Source: a virus. Taken from it: 45,938 bases of DNA. Position 1 is the stretch's first letter, and the number at the start of each line of letters is the position of its first letter. The stretch lies in IMG/VR virus record IMGVR_UViG_3300004481_000261, positions 1-45,938 of that record. One strand, given 5' to 3'. Below are positions 25,675-33,639 of the stretch, in pieces. The notes beneath the pieces were generated by a model. That model was given only the letters and a program-made list of their open reading frames with translations, did not search any database and had not been told where the DNA came from. Both the position numbers and the translations under genes were made by a program.

Positions 25675-25845
25675 ATGCCTATCGAAAGCGTATGGAACAA
25701 AGTAGAACACAATAACGAATATATTTCTAGTGAGATTATCGAAAACAATCCAGAATGGTTCGAAAGAGTCTATCAAAGTAATGTCGATAAACTAATGTTC
25801 TTATCAGTCGAAGCTTTTAAAGCTGCAGTACATTTTGTAAAATAA
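25675..25845 (+). CDS. Hypothetical protein (56 aa from ATG; the frame is open from 25576)
   Basis: The frame has no stop for the 33 codons upstream of this ATG. See findings. Confidence 0.4.
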   Translation: MPIESVWNKVEHNNEYISSEIIENNPEWFERVYQSNVDKLMFLSVEAFKAAVHFVK

Positions 25846-25848
25846 ACT

Positions 25849-26067
25849 ATGCGAATCGATCTTACTCATGTATTCCGTGAAGACTTCAAATACTTTATCA
25901 ACTTGTATGAAAAAGAACAAGAATGTACACGAAAGATGATACAGAGATTTGAAGTAGATCTTATAGAAGTAGAACACCCCTCACCACGAGCCTATGTGCC
26001 AGAGGTGAAGAAGAAACTAACCCCAGTCGAAATTATAATGAGAGGATATGCGATAATTAAACCTTAG
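25849..26067 (+). CDS. Hypothetical protein (72 aa)
   Basis: Tightly packed, co-oriented ORF. Confidence 0.5.
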   Translation: MRIDLTHVFREDFKYFINLYEKEQECTRKMIQRFEVDLIEVEHPSPRAYVPEVKKKLTPVEIIMRGYAIIKP

Positions 26068-26069
26068 AT

Positions 26070-26258
26070 ATGATTATAGAAACATACACCTGCGATAAGT
26101 GTAAAAAGCCAATCCAAGATAGCAGTGAAGGGATTTACTGTATTTCTCACGAGAGCATCTCAGGGAGACCCATAATGGGAGACAACCGTATTCTACGAGA
26201 CCTGCAATTCTGTCGAGATTGCTTCGGGAAGTATCTTGCGCCAATTCTAACAAAATAA
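26070..26258 (+). CDS. Small zinc-ribbon protein (62 aa)
   Basis: Contains CDKC...CRDC paired CxxC motifs. Confidence 0.5.
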   Translation: MIIETYTCDKCKKPIQDSSEGIYCISHESISGRPIMGDNRILRDLQFCRDCFGKYLAPILTK

Positions 26259-26262
26259 CCCT

Positions 26263-26586
26263 ATGCCCAACACAAAACCATACAACAAAGAGGAGGTGAT
26301 GAAGGAGATAGAGATTGCAATAAAAGATATATTTAAAGAATCAGGAGGCAATGATTATGTTTTCTATATTAAAGGTGAAATGGACGATGTGGTTATTGAC
26401 GGAACTTTTGACCTAAATATTCTTCGAGATGATATTGAAAAGATAGTAACCGCCGCAGAACAAGCAGGAGAGGAGAGGATGAGGGAGAAGGTGCGTGGAA
26501 TGAAGCTCCCTGATAACTTTCAAGGCACGAGAGAGGAGGTATGGTTTAAGAGGACAATTATGTTGGTACTTAGAGCATTAAAATAG
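26263..26586 (+). CDS. Hypothetical protein (107 aa)
   Basis: Co-oriented ORF, acidic. Confidence 0.5.
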   Translation: MPNTKPYNKEEVMKEIEIAIKDIFKESGGNDYVFYIKGEMDDVVIDGTFDLNILRDDIEKIVTAAEQAGEERMREKVRGMKLPDNFQGTREEVWFKRTIMLVLRALK

Positions 26587-26588
26587 AT

Positions 26589-26744
26589 ATGAAAAAACTA
26601 CTTTGTAAACTTTTTGGGCATAAATATGATGCTATTGAAAAGTGTGTATTTGGGATAGAAATGAGCGCAATGAATAGAGAAGCTCTAAAGCCTGAAATTT
26701 CTTGCCTACGTTGTGGCTTAACAATAAAAGGATATAAAGATTAA
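26589..26744 (+). CDS. Mini-protein (51 aa) with N-terminal LLCKLFGHKY motif
   Basis: My translation is MKKLLCKLFGHKYDAIEKCVFGIEMSAMNREALKPEISCLRCGLTIKGYKD. It resembles DUF1660-type prophage mini-proteins (CxLFGHKW). Confidence 0.4.
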   Translation: MKKLLCKLFGHKYDAIEKCVFGIEMSAMNREALKPEISCLRCGLTIKGYKD

Positions 26745-26751
26745 AATAGAT

Positions 26752-26871
26752 ATGAACCTCATCTGCTTAATTCTCGGTCACGACTGGTACGGAAGACCGC
26801 CAAGACATTTCAAGTTTTGTACCCGATGTAATAAAATTAAAGACTTACGAATATATGACCAAAGAAAATAA
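26752..26871 (+). CDS. Mini-protein (39 aa), paralogue of 26589-26744
   Basis: My translation is MNLICLILGHDWYGRPPRHFKFCTRCNKIKDLRIYDQRK. It is preceded by the same junction string, TAAAATAGATATGA. Confidence 0.35.
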   Translation: MNLICLILGHDWYGRPPRHFKFCTRCNKIKDLRIYDQRK

Positions 26872-27217
26872 AGATCTACAGAGATACAAAGATGCTGTCT
26901 GGGACTATCTCTTAGAGCATAGTGATATTACTGAAGGTGGTTCTTTGTTTGTGAAGTTTCATACAAAAAGTAGGTCAGTATTCGAAGGACATGTTACTGC
27001 TAGAATAAAAGGTTACCATCGAGGGGACCCTAAAGCTAGACAACATTTCTTAGAACAAAAATCCATAGAACATGTTATAATTAAAAAATCAAAGAAAGAG
27101 AAATGGAAAGCAGGAAAGGAAGAACGTAAGAAGATACTAGATGATGTTAAGTTTGAGAACGATATAAGAAAATATCCACAAATTATTAGAATACTTTTAA
27201 GATCTGTAAGAAAATGA
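26855..27217 (+). CDS. Hypothetical basic protein (120 aa)
   Basis: Co-oriented ORF with a K/R-rich C-terminal half. Confidence 0.5.
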   Translation: MTKENKDLQRYKDAVWDYLLEHSDITEGGSLFVKFHTKSRSVFEGHVTARIKGYHRGDPKARQHFLEQKSIEHVIIKKSKKEKWKAGKEERKKILDDVKFENDIRKYPQIIRILLRSVRK

Positions 27218-28062
27218 AAATAGGATTCATCGGTCAAGGTTGGATAGGAAAGAACTACGCAGACAATTATGAGGCTAGAGGATTTGACACTGTACGTTAT
27301 TCTCTTGAACCAGAATACGTAGGAAATAAAGATAAAATTAGTGAGTGTGACATTACTTTCATTGCGGTACCAACACCGTCAACAGCGACGACTGTAGACG
27401 TAACCGCGGTGGAATCTGCATTGAAATGTATCGGCATTGGTCGTGTTGCAGTCATTAAGTCGACAGTACCTCCAGAAACTACACAGAAGTTACACAAGAA
27501 GTTTCCACGAATTATGCTTTTTCATTCTCCTGAATTCCTCAGAGAGAAGTTTGCTAGACAGGATGTAGATAAACCTGATCGAAACATCATAGGTATTCCC
27601 TATCTCAGGACGGTTGGTGAAAGAACTGCATATGAATTTGTTGCAATGAAGATTCTTAAGACTCTACCTGAAGCAACTCACGATAGAATTATTTCCTCAA
27701 CTGAGTCAGAACTCATTAAGTATGCTGGAAATGTTTTTCTTACGATGAAGGTTATTTATGCAAACATGCTATACGACTTAAGTGTTGGTTTGAATATCGA
27801 TTATGATAATGTTTCTGAGATTATGAGTTTAGACCCTCGTATCGGTGATTCACATCTTACAGTAAATGAAGGAGGTAGAGGTGCTGGTGGGCATTGTTTC
27901 ATAAAAGACTTAGAGGCATTTCGTCAGATCTATGACAAAAATACAAATAGTTTAAAAGGCCGTAACGTCATCAATGCTTTAATTATGAAAAACAACGAGT
28001 TACTAAGAAATTCAAAAAAAGACTTAGACTTACTCGAACAAATATATGGTAAAAGAATGTAG
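27214..28062 (+). CDS. UDP-glucose/GDP-mannose dehydrogenase-family protein, short form
   Basis: The N-terminus MKIGFIGQGWIG is a Rossmann fold. The active-site region LDPRIGDSHL...GRGAGGHCFIKDLEAF parallels E. coli Ugd (LDPRIGNHY...GYGGYCLPKD). At 282 aa it appears to lack the C-terminal UDP-binding domain. Confidence 0.7.
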   Translation: MKIGFIGQGWIGKNYADNYEARGFDTVRYSLEPEYVGNKDKISECDITFIAVPTPSTATTVDVTAVESALKCIGIGRVAVIKSTVPPETTQKLHKKFPRIMLFHSPEFLREKFARQDVDKPDRNIIGIPYLRTVGERTAYEFVAMKILKTLPEATHDRIISSTESELIKYAGNVFLTMKVIYANMLYDLSVGLNIDYDNVSEIMSLDPRIGDSHLTVNEGGRGAGGHCFIKDLEAFRQIYDKNTNSLKGRNVINALIMKNNELLRNSKKDLDLLEQIYGKRM

Positions 28063-28252
28063 AGATTGCCGAAAGAGATTGAATATAAGTAAGTTCGGGC
28101 GAAGAAAGAATCCTCAAAAAACTCACACAGTTTACTACAAATCTATCTGTAAGAAATGTCTTGTCATTCGTACGCAGGAATGGGTTAAAAAGAACAGAAA
28201 CAAACATAACGAATATCATAAAAACTATTACCATGCGACCCATTCCAAGTAA
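28046..28252 (+). CDS. Small Cys-rich basic protein (68 aa)
   Basis: CRDC...CKKC gives a zinc-ribbon pattern. Confidence 0.45.
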   Translation: MVKECRDCRKRLNISKFGRRKNPQKTHTVYYKSICKKCLVIRTQEWVKKNRNKHNEYHKNYYHATHSK

Positions 28253-28547
28253 ACTAAGAAAAGAAATGAGTGAGGACCCTTACTACTCTATCTGTACTAG
28301 AAAGGATAGTCATTGTAGTGGAAGAATCACATGGGAACATGCGTGGATATATGCAGGAAGACAGATAAATGAAAAATGGGCAATCATACCTCTATGTTGG
28401 CATCACCATCTAGGAACAGGTCTTAGAAAGAATATCAATCAACTCATTTCACTACGTAGAGCAACTCTAGAAGATCTGATGAAATATCCTAAGAAAGACT
28501 GGCAACAGGAAATGGAAACACTTAAACACGAAACAAATGAGTATTAA
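28233..28547 (+). CDS. HNH-like nuclease (Ref/DUF968-like)
   Basis: CSGRITWEHAWIYAGRQINEKWAIIPLCWHHH fits the H...(D/E)xWxxIPLCxxHH pattern. I chose the internal ATG at 28233 as the start. It lies adjacent to RusA. Confidence 0.5.
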   Translation: MRPIPSKLRKEMSEDPYYSICTRKDSHCSGRITWEHAWIYAGRQINEKWAIIPLCWHHHLGTGLRKNINQLISLRRATLEDLMKYPKKDWQQEMETLKHETNEY

Positions 28548-28902
28548 ACTTTACGGTAGAATTCCTAGTAAGAAAAATAGTAAGATTATGATTTGTCGAG
28601 GTGGTCGACCTATTCTTATTCCGAGTCCTGCATACTCGACTTGGCATGAAGAACAGATGTGGGTACTTAAAGACCACAAAATTAGAAAACAAGTTCCTAA
28701 GAAAGTAAACAGTATTCAACTCGACTTCTATGCTCCTGATAGTCGTAAGACTGACTTAACAAATAAAGCAGAGAGTATTATGGATTTGTTAGTTGATGCA
28801 AATCTTATTCTAGATGACAATTGGTATGTCGTACCTTGCATCATCTTGAAGTTCATAGAAGTTGATAAGAAAAATCCAAGAGTTGAGATAACCTTTAATT
28901 AG
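28537..28902 (+). CDS. rusA: RusA-family Holliday-junction resolvase
   Basis: YGRIPSKKNSK...TDLTNKAESIMDLLVDANLILDDNW matches RusA motifs (P.KNs.., D.DN..K...D.L). The 121-aa size fits. Confidence 0.7.
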   Translation: MSIKLYGRIPSKKNSKIMICRGGRPILIPSPAYSTWHEEQMWVLKDHKIRKQVPKKVNSIQLDFYAPDSRKTDLTNKAESIMDLLVDANLILDDNWYVVPCIILKFIEVDKKNPRVEITFN

Positions 28903-28993
28903 TCTATGGTATATTAAAAGATAACGTGGGGTAGTTTAATTAGTAAAACAACTTCGGTTATGCCGGCTCATTCCCGGCCCCCACGACCATAGA
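28903..28993 (+). ncRNA. tRNA-like cloverleaf with a miniature anticodon arm and an encoded ACCA
   Basis: The acceptor-like stem is CGTGGGG (28925-31) / CCCCACG (28979-85), followed by ACCA. The D-like arm is GTTT-AATTAGTA-AAAC. The mini arm is AAC-TTCG-GTT. The T-like arm is GCCGG-CTCATTC-CCGGC. An outer 8-bp clamp pairs TCTATGGT with ACCATAGA. Confidence 0.35.
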
Positions 28994-29013
28994 TCTTTTA
29001 TCGGAGAAGTAGT

Positions 29014-29193
29014 ATGACTGAAGTTCAGGGTAAACCTTTTCGGGAAACACTCAAAGTATGTGGGAATGAACGGACAGTTCTATCTCAATCGTTCAAAAGA
29101 TGTGAACAATGCGGTAAGAAGGTTGGAATACCCTTCCGAATCATTGATGATTTATATTTTTGCTCTAAGTTCTGTTTTCAGAAATACTACTGA
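29014..29193 (+). CDS. Small Cys-rich protein (59 aa, below the ORF-track cutoff)
   Basis: My translation is MTEVQGKPFRETLKVCGNERTVLSQSFKRCEQCGKKVGIPFRIIDDLYFCSKFCFQKYY. It is followed by a terminator and replaces the implausible 29060-29293 ORF. Confidence 0.45.
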   Translation: MTEVQGKPFRETLKVCGNERTVLSQSFKRCEQCGKKVGIPFRIIDDLYFCSKFCFQKYY

Positions 29194-29203
29194 GGAATAC
29201 TCT

Positions 29204-29239
29204 AAACCACCTAGGATATTTCTTAGGTGGTTTTTGTTT
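29204..29239. terminator. Bidirectional rho-independent terminator between the convergent arms
   Basis: AAACCACCTA (29204-13) pairs with TAGGTGGTTT (29224-33), followed by TTTTTGTTT. The A-run on the other side serves the opposite strand. Confidence 0.6.
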
Positions 29240-29243
29240 AGAG

Positions 29244-29468
29244 TTACTTCTCGAAACGAGAGATTACGAATGCGTAGAACGCACCTGCGGTAATGAGAAC
29301 CTGAGAAACAGTTTCCCACAAACCTGCATAACTGAGTGTTGTATAAATTGCAGATGCAACAATAGAAGCAATAAGAAGTACTGCAAGAGTTTTGTAACCC
29401 TTAAGTCTCTTGTTACCCTTGATGCTCTGAATGAACAACGATACGATGACTCCTAAAATGTATTCCAT
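29244..29468 (-). CDS. Holin-like small membrane protein
   Basis: 74 aa from the internal Met (the track ORF extends to 29522), with 2-3 hydrophobic helices (ILGVIVSLFI, LAVLLIASIVASAIY, VLITAGAFYAFVI). It is the last gene of the late arm. Confidence 0.4.
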   Translation of the reverse strand: MEYILGVIVSLFIQSIKGNKRLKGYKTLAVLLIASIVASAIYTTLSYAGLWETVSQVLITAGAFYAFVISRFEK

Positions 29469-29604
29469 ATTATTACTTAACCTGGTTATATCCAGGATTC
29501 TGGAAGCTAAGAGCCACTCCAAACTTCCAGAGTTCTAGATATAATCCCAAATCAAATGAAAACAATAGGCATTTTAATTTTTGCAGTAACCTTCATCTGG
29601 GCTC

Positions 29605-31071
29605 TTATTGGCTAGAAAGAGTCCTTGCGGTAGTTGCTGCTACATTTCTAACAGCAGGAGCAATTTCTTTTAGTTTCTTACCTCCTTGGTAGAGTGCCTG
29701 TGCTGTAAGAGTTCTAGCAGGAGCAGATTCTGCAGCTTTTATTCCACCGAAACCAACGATACCAGCAACTGGATTTACTAAACCAAGTCCAAGTGCACCG
29801 ATTATCTCTTTCAATGAGATATGTGCTTTTTCTGCAGCACGTCCAGCAAGAGCATCATGTATTGAATGTTCCTTCGAAAGGTCTTCAAACATACCTCGAA
29901 CTTCTGTTGGTGCATTCTTTTTAACTTCTTCAGAAAGAGTTCCGTAAATGTTTTTAAGATTCTGTTTAGAGAATGTACTTTTATTTGCTAACCAAGCAGA
30001 ATCACTTAAGGAATCTCCAATTCTACGACGTAGTTTATCGAGTTCTGGAAGAGTCAATTTGTTCTGTTTCAATAAACCAGCACCACCAGGTACATCACTC
30101 TGTATATCTGCAAGAAGTTCTTTACGTGTGATTGCTCCACCTTTGTCATTGATGTTCTTGACTAGAGAATCTAACCAAGTATTTCGATCAATCATCTTTG
30201 TTTTATATCCAGGAGCATTGAGTGCTTCACCGATAGATGTATTGAGGTTAGTAACCATCTTTTTAGAGTTATCAAGAAGTGAAGATACTGTACCGATTCT
30301 TCCACCTTCAAGAAACTTATCAGACATATCCTTTCCCTTCATAAGTTCCCTCTTAGTTTGGTTGAGGAAACTTCTAGTCATACTTCTAGGAAGAGTATCA
30401 ACAAGACCACCAACTGCTTTTGTTACTGCAATATTCGCTGTAGGAAAAAGTGAAGATACTACAGCATTACCACCTGTATTTCTTACAATGTCTGTAAAAC
30501 TCTTATCGTCTTTCATCCCTTGAGCTGCACCAAAGTAAGCTCCTTGAATTCCTGACTGGAGAGATTTACCTACTAGATTCGAAACTGTAGGGTTCGCCTT
30601 TGCGCTATTAAGAAGATCTGTTGCAATCTTTCCACCAGTACCTAGAGTTTTACCTCCTAGACTTTGAGGTGTCAGGAGCATCATTGCAGCGTCACCGATA
30701 ACTTGCTTAGGTGAAGGTGCACTCGTATCGTACATTGATGTACTTCCTTCTGGAACCATACCGAGTTTCTCTTTTACTGCAGTAACACCTAATCCACCGA
30801 GAGTTCCAATAGCCTGTCCAACTTTCTCACCAGGCATTATATCTTGAATTCCACGAGTAATAGAATTGTCTAAGATTTTACCGTATATCGAATCGTTTGG
30901 ATTTGTTCCAAGAGTACCACTATGAGGGTCAGGTGCTAGAGTCTTTGAAGGTGCTGGAGCAGTCCGTTGAGGAGTTATACCTAATTTCATTGCTACTTCC
31001 TCGACATCCTTCTGAGTAGGAGTTCCTTCGAAGTTTACTGTTTGTCCATTTTCGAATTTGATTGTAGCCAT
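29605..31071 (-). CDS. Large virion/internal protein, function unknown (488 aa)
   Basis: Gly/Ala/Ser-rich ORF in the late block. No motif recognised. Confidence 0.45.
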   Translation of the reverse strand: MATIKFENGQTVNFEGTPTQKDVEEVAMKLGITPQRTAPAPSKTLAPDPHSGTLGTNPNDSIYGKILDNSITRGIQDIMPGEKVGQAIGTLGGLGVTAVKEKLGMVPEGSTSMYDTSAPSPKQVIGDAAMMLLTPQSLGGKTLGTGGKIATDLLNSAKANPTVSNLVGKSLQSGIQGAYFGAAQGMKDDKSFTDIVRNTGGNAVVSSLFPTANIAVTKAVGGLVDTLPRSMTRSFLNQTKRELMKGKDMSDKFLEGGRIGTVSSLLDNSKKMVTNLNTSIGEALNAPGYKTKMIDRNTWLDSLVKNINDKGGAITRKELLADIQSDVPGGAGLLKQNKLTLPELDKLRRRIGDSLSDSAWLANKSTFSKQNLKNIYGTLSEEVKKNAPTEVRGMFEDLSKEHSIHDALAGRAAEKAHISLKEIIGALGLGLVNPVAGIVGFGGIKAAESAPARTLTAQALYQGGKKLKEIAPAVRNVAATTARTLSSQ

Positions 31072-31072
31072 A

Positions 31073-32428
31073 TTATGGTGTTACTGTCCACTTAATTCCA
31101 GTAGCTGTCTGACCTGAAGTTGCTGGTGCAGACATTAAGTCTTTACTTGTTGATGAACTTACACTAGGTCCTCCCATCGAAGCAGGTGCATCTTTGAGTT
31201 TGTCTGCAAGTTTTGTTTGGATTGTTTCGAGTCGTTCTTTAATGTATTTCTCACTCTGAGTACCTAGACCTTCAAACCCTGTTGACATTGATTTGATGAA
31301 CTCCATATCTTTGTCAGACATAGCACCTTTAAGAAGTCCTAGATTATCTCTTGCTAGAATGGCTCCAAGTTGCTGTGCTTTAGCTGAAGCATCACCATAA
31401 TCTGTAGACCAATTTCCAACCCAAGTACTACTATATCCACCAAGAGGTTTGTAGTCTTTATTCGTCATCATATCATTCACGATATCCTGTGCATCTGTCA
31501 TAAGTGCATACACATTTGCAGAACGACCTCCTTGTTCAGCAAGACCTGCATAAACTTCGTTACGTAATGCTTGAGCTTCTTTACCTGAACCCTTGATGAG
31601 AGTTTCAACATCTCCTCCACCAGAGTTGATGATTTTGAGAATGTTTTGAGCAGCAGGAGAAAGATTACTTGCACTTCCTGGTAGGTTACCACTTGTAGAA
31701 GTATTTGAAGTATTGTTTTTATTGATTTCTGACTGAATCTTACTGAGTTCCAATTCACCTTTTCGTATATTCTGTCTGTACTCGGTAGAACTCTGATATT
31801 TCTTAATAGCAGTCTGATAGTCATCTGTAGGAAGAATTCCAGCAGATGGTGCAGTTTGCATGAGTGAAAGTGTACCTTGTTTCTGAGTATCATTAAGAGT
31901 TCTTGCAGACTTCTGGTCTGGAGTTTCGTAACTTGAAGCATTAAAAAAGTTACTAAGGAAGTTTGTACGAGCAGTCGTCATAGCATCTTGTTCCTTGATG
32001 ATAAGATCTGATAGACTCTTTGCTTTGTTTGCATCATTAGACATTAAGAGTTCATCTTTTTGTTTCGTAAGATCTTTGATTCTCTTATCATGAGATGCTT
32101 GCATATAATTAAGAGCAACAGGCATCTGTGCAAAACCTCTTTGACCTTCGAACGTTTGAGTATTACTCTTAGTATCTGCAATGTTAGTATCTTCTACAGC
32201 AGTTCCGTACTCACTATTCAATCTCTTAGCAGTTGCATCAGCACCTTGTTCTGTTAGAGTTTTAGCAGAAGCATATCGATCCATTATAGATTGAGGGTCA
32301 TATGAACCGGTCAGTGCAGCAATGTTAGGGTCAGTAGGTGTAACTGCACCAGATGAAGAAGTCGAAAGAAGACGATTCTTAACCTGTGTTTCTGCTGATG
32401 TCGGTGTTGTAAGTGTTGGAGGGTTCAT
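31073..32428 (-). CDS. Large virion/internal protein, function unknown (451 aa)
   Basis: Late-block ORF, rich in S/T/Q/N with helical stretches. Confidence 0.45.
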   Translation of the reverse strand: MNPPTLTTPTSAETQVKNRLLSTSSSGAVTPTDPNIAALTGSYDPQSIMDRYASAKTLTEQGADATAKRLNSEYGTAVEDTNIADTKSNTQTFEGQRGFAQMPVALNYMQASHDKRIKDLTKQKDELLMSNDANKAKSLSDLIIKEQDAMTTARTNFLSNFFNASSYETPDQKSARTLNDTQKQGTLSLMQTAPSAGILPTDDYQTAIKKYQSSTEYRQNIRKGELELSKIQSEINKNNTSNTSTSGNLPGSASNLSPAAQNILKIINSGGGDVETLIKGSGKEAQALRNEVYAGLAEQGGRSANVYALMTDAQDIVNDMMTNKDYKPLGGYSSTWVGNWSTDYGDASAKAQQLGAILARDNLGLLKGAMSDKDMEFIKSMSTGFEGLGTQSEKYIKERLETIQTKLADKLKDAPASMGGPSVSSSTSKDLMSAPATSGQTATGIKWTVTP

Positions 32429-32429
32429 G

Positions 32430-33596
32430 TTAGTTTAGGTTCGTATCAGTACTAAAACCAAGTGTAGGATATCTACGTTGGCTTGGATAACGTTGCTTAA
32501 GTGGCGTGACAATTTCCATAATCTTCTGACGTGCAATGTTCATATCATTATATTCTCCTGTAATAGAGAAAATGATTTCTAGAACTGAATTGACGAAAGG
32601 TTCAGTTGCTATATCCCATCTACCTGTCCACATCGGAGTGTCAGTCGTAGCTGCCGCTGAAGCAAATACCTGTGATTGAACTCCTAGAAGAGTTGTAACC
32701 ATATTCGTCGAGTAGTAAGTAAGAGTAAGAGGTATATTTTCTGAAATAAATACGTTCTGGAAGTAGAATCCAGTAGCAGAAGGGTTTACTGAAAACGCTA
32801 CAGTCATCTGCAGATAACCAATCGAGGTGATTGTGGGTGTTCCAACAGTTGTCGGAGATGACCATGCAAACTTACAACGGTTCCAACCCACGATAAATGA
32901 TTGTCCTAGATAGTTTGTTGTAGATGTCTGAGAATAATAATTTGAAGAATCAGTTCCCCATTTTAGGGTTACTGAAGTGAGATTCGTAACTGTAGGGAAA
33001 TAAACATCTAGATAGAGATTACTTCTGTTCTGGTACATTGTCATGTCTAGAACAGTAAACGTAGAGTTTGTAAGAGTTCCTGTAGTTCCTGAATAGTCAA
33101 AAGAAACAGAAGAAGGCCAAGAAAATCCTTCGTAGTTATTCGTAGAAACATTTGAGATTGCAGTAGCACCTACCCAAGTTCCTTGTCCGTTATACGATGT
33201 AGCAGCATTTAGAGTCGTGTAGTTACCTGCAAGACTTTTTACATTAAGATACTGTACACCTGACTCAATTGCTACAGCCATCTTCTGAGGATAAAGAGCC
33301 CTTGCGAAGTTCATTGGAGATACTAAAGTGTATGAATCTCTTTTAAGATCTGAAGTATACGGAGCTAAAGTGATAGGATATTTGAAGTCACTCTGAACTG
33401 CGTATGTATAGATTCCTGGGTTGTAGTTGAAATTGACTTTCTTAATAGTCCAAGGCCAGTCATGAACTTCCCCCCAGATCTGAAGTACTGAATTGATCGC
33501 TCGGAAACCAACCGTAGACATATCGATAGAACCTGAACCTGTATCTCTACGTCTATCGTTGATGAGAGTATTGAAGTATGCTAGGTCGGTTGACAT
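32430..33596 (-). CDS. Structural protein, function unknown (388 aa)
   Basis: Late-block ORF, rich in beta-type residues (T/S/Y/N). Confidence 0.45.
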   Translation of the reverse strand: MSTDLAYFNTLINDRRRDTGSGSIDMSTVGFRAINSVLQIWGEVHDWPWTIKKVNFNYNPGIYTYAVQSDFKYPITLAPYTSDLKRDSYTLVSPMNFARALYPQKMAVAIESGVQYLNVKSLAGNYTTLNAATSYNGQGTWVGATAISNVSTNNYEGFSWPSSVSFDYSGTTGTLTNSTFTVLDMTMYQNRSNLYLDVYFPTVTNLTSVTLKWGTDSSNYYSQTSTTNYLGQSFIVGWNRCKFAWSSPTTVGTPTITSIGYLQMTVAFSVNPSATGFYFQNVFISENIPLTLTYYSTNMVTTLLGVQSQVFASAAATTDTPMWTGRWDIATEPFVNSVLEIIFSITGEYNDMNIARQKIMEIVTPLKQRYPSQRRYPTLGFSTDTNLN

Positions 33597-33639
33597 ATAT
33601 TATATCGTACTACTTTTAATTGATAACATACACTGGACA

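Noticed and set aside
28161-28232. N-terminal 24 codons of the track ORF 28161-28547
   Set aside because: This extension lies almost entirely inside the preceding Cys-rich ORF (28046-28252) in another frame. The internal ATG at 28233 leaves only a 20-nt overlap, which is typical of this genome.
28903-28993. tRNA-like element interpreted as an attP site derived from a host tRNA 3-prime end
   Set aside because: I could recognise no integrase, excisionase or repressor anywhere in the genome. The element also contains both halves of the acceptor stem rather than only a 3-prime tRNA fragment.
29060-29293. 77-aa plus-strand ORF from the track
   Set aside because: It runs through the bidirectional terminator hairpin and into the convergent holin-like gene. 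The 59-aa Cys-rich ORF at 29014-29193, in another frame, ends before the terminator and is more plausible.
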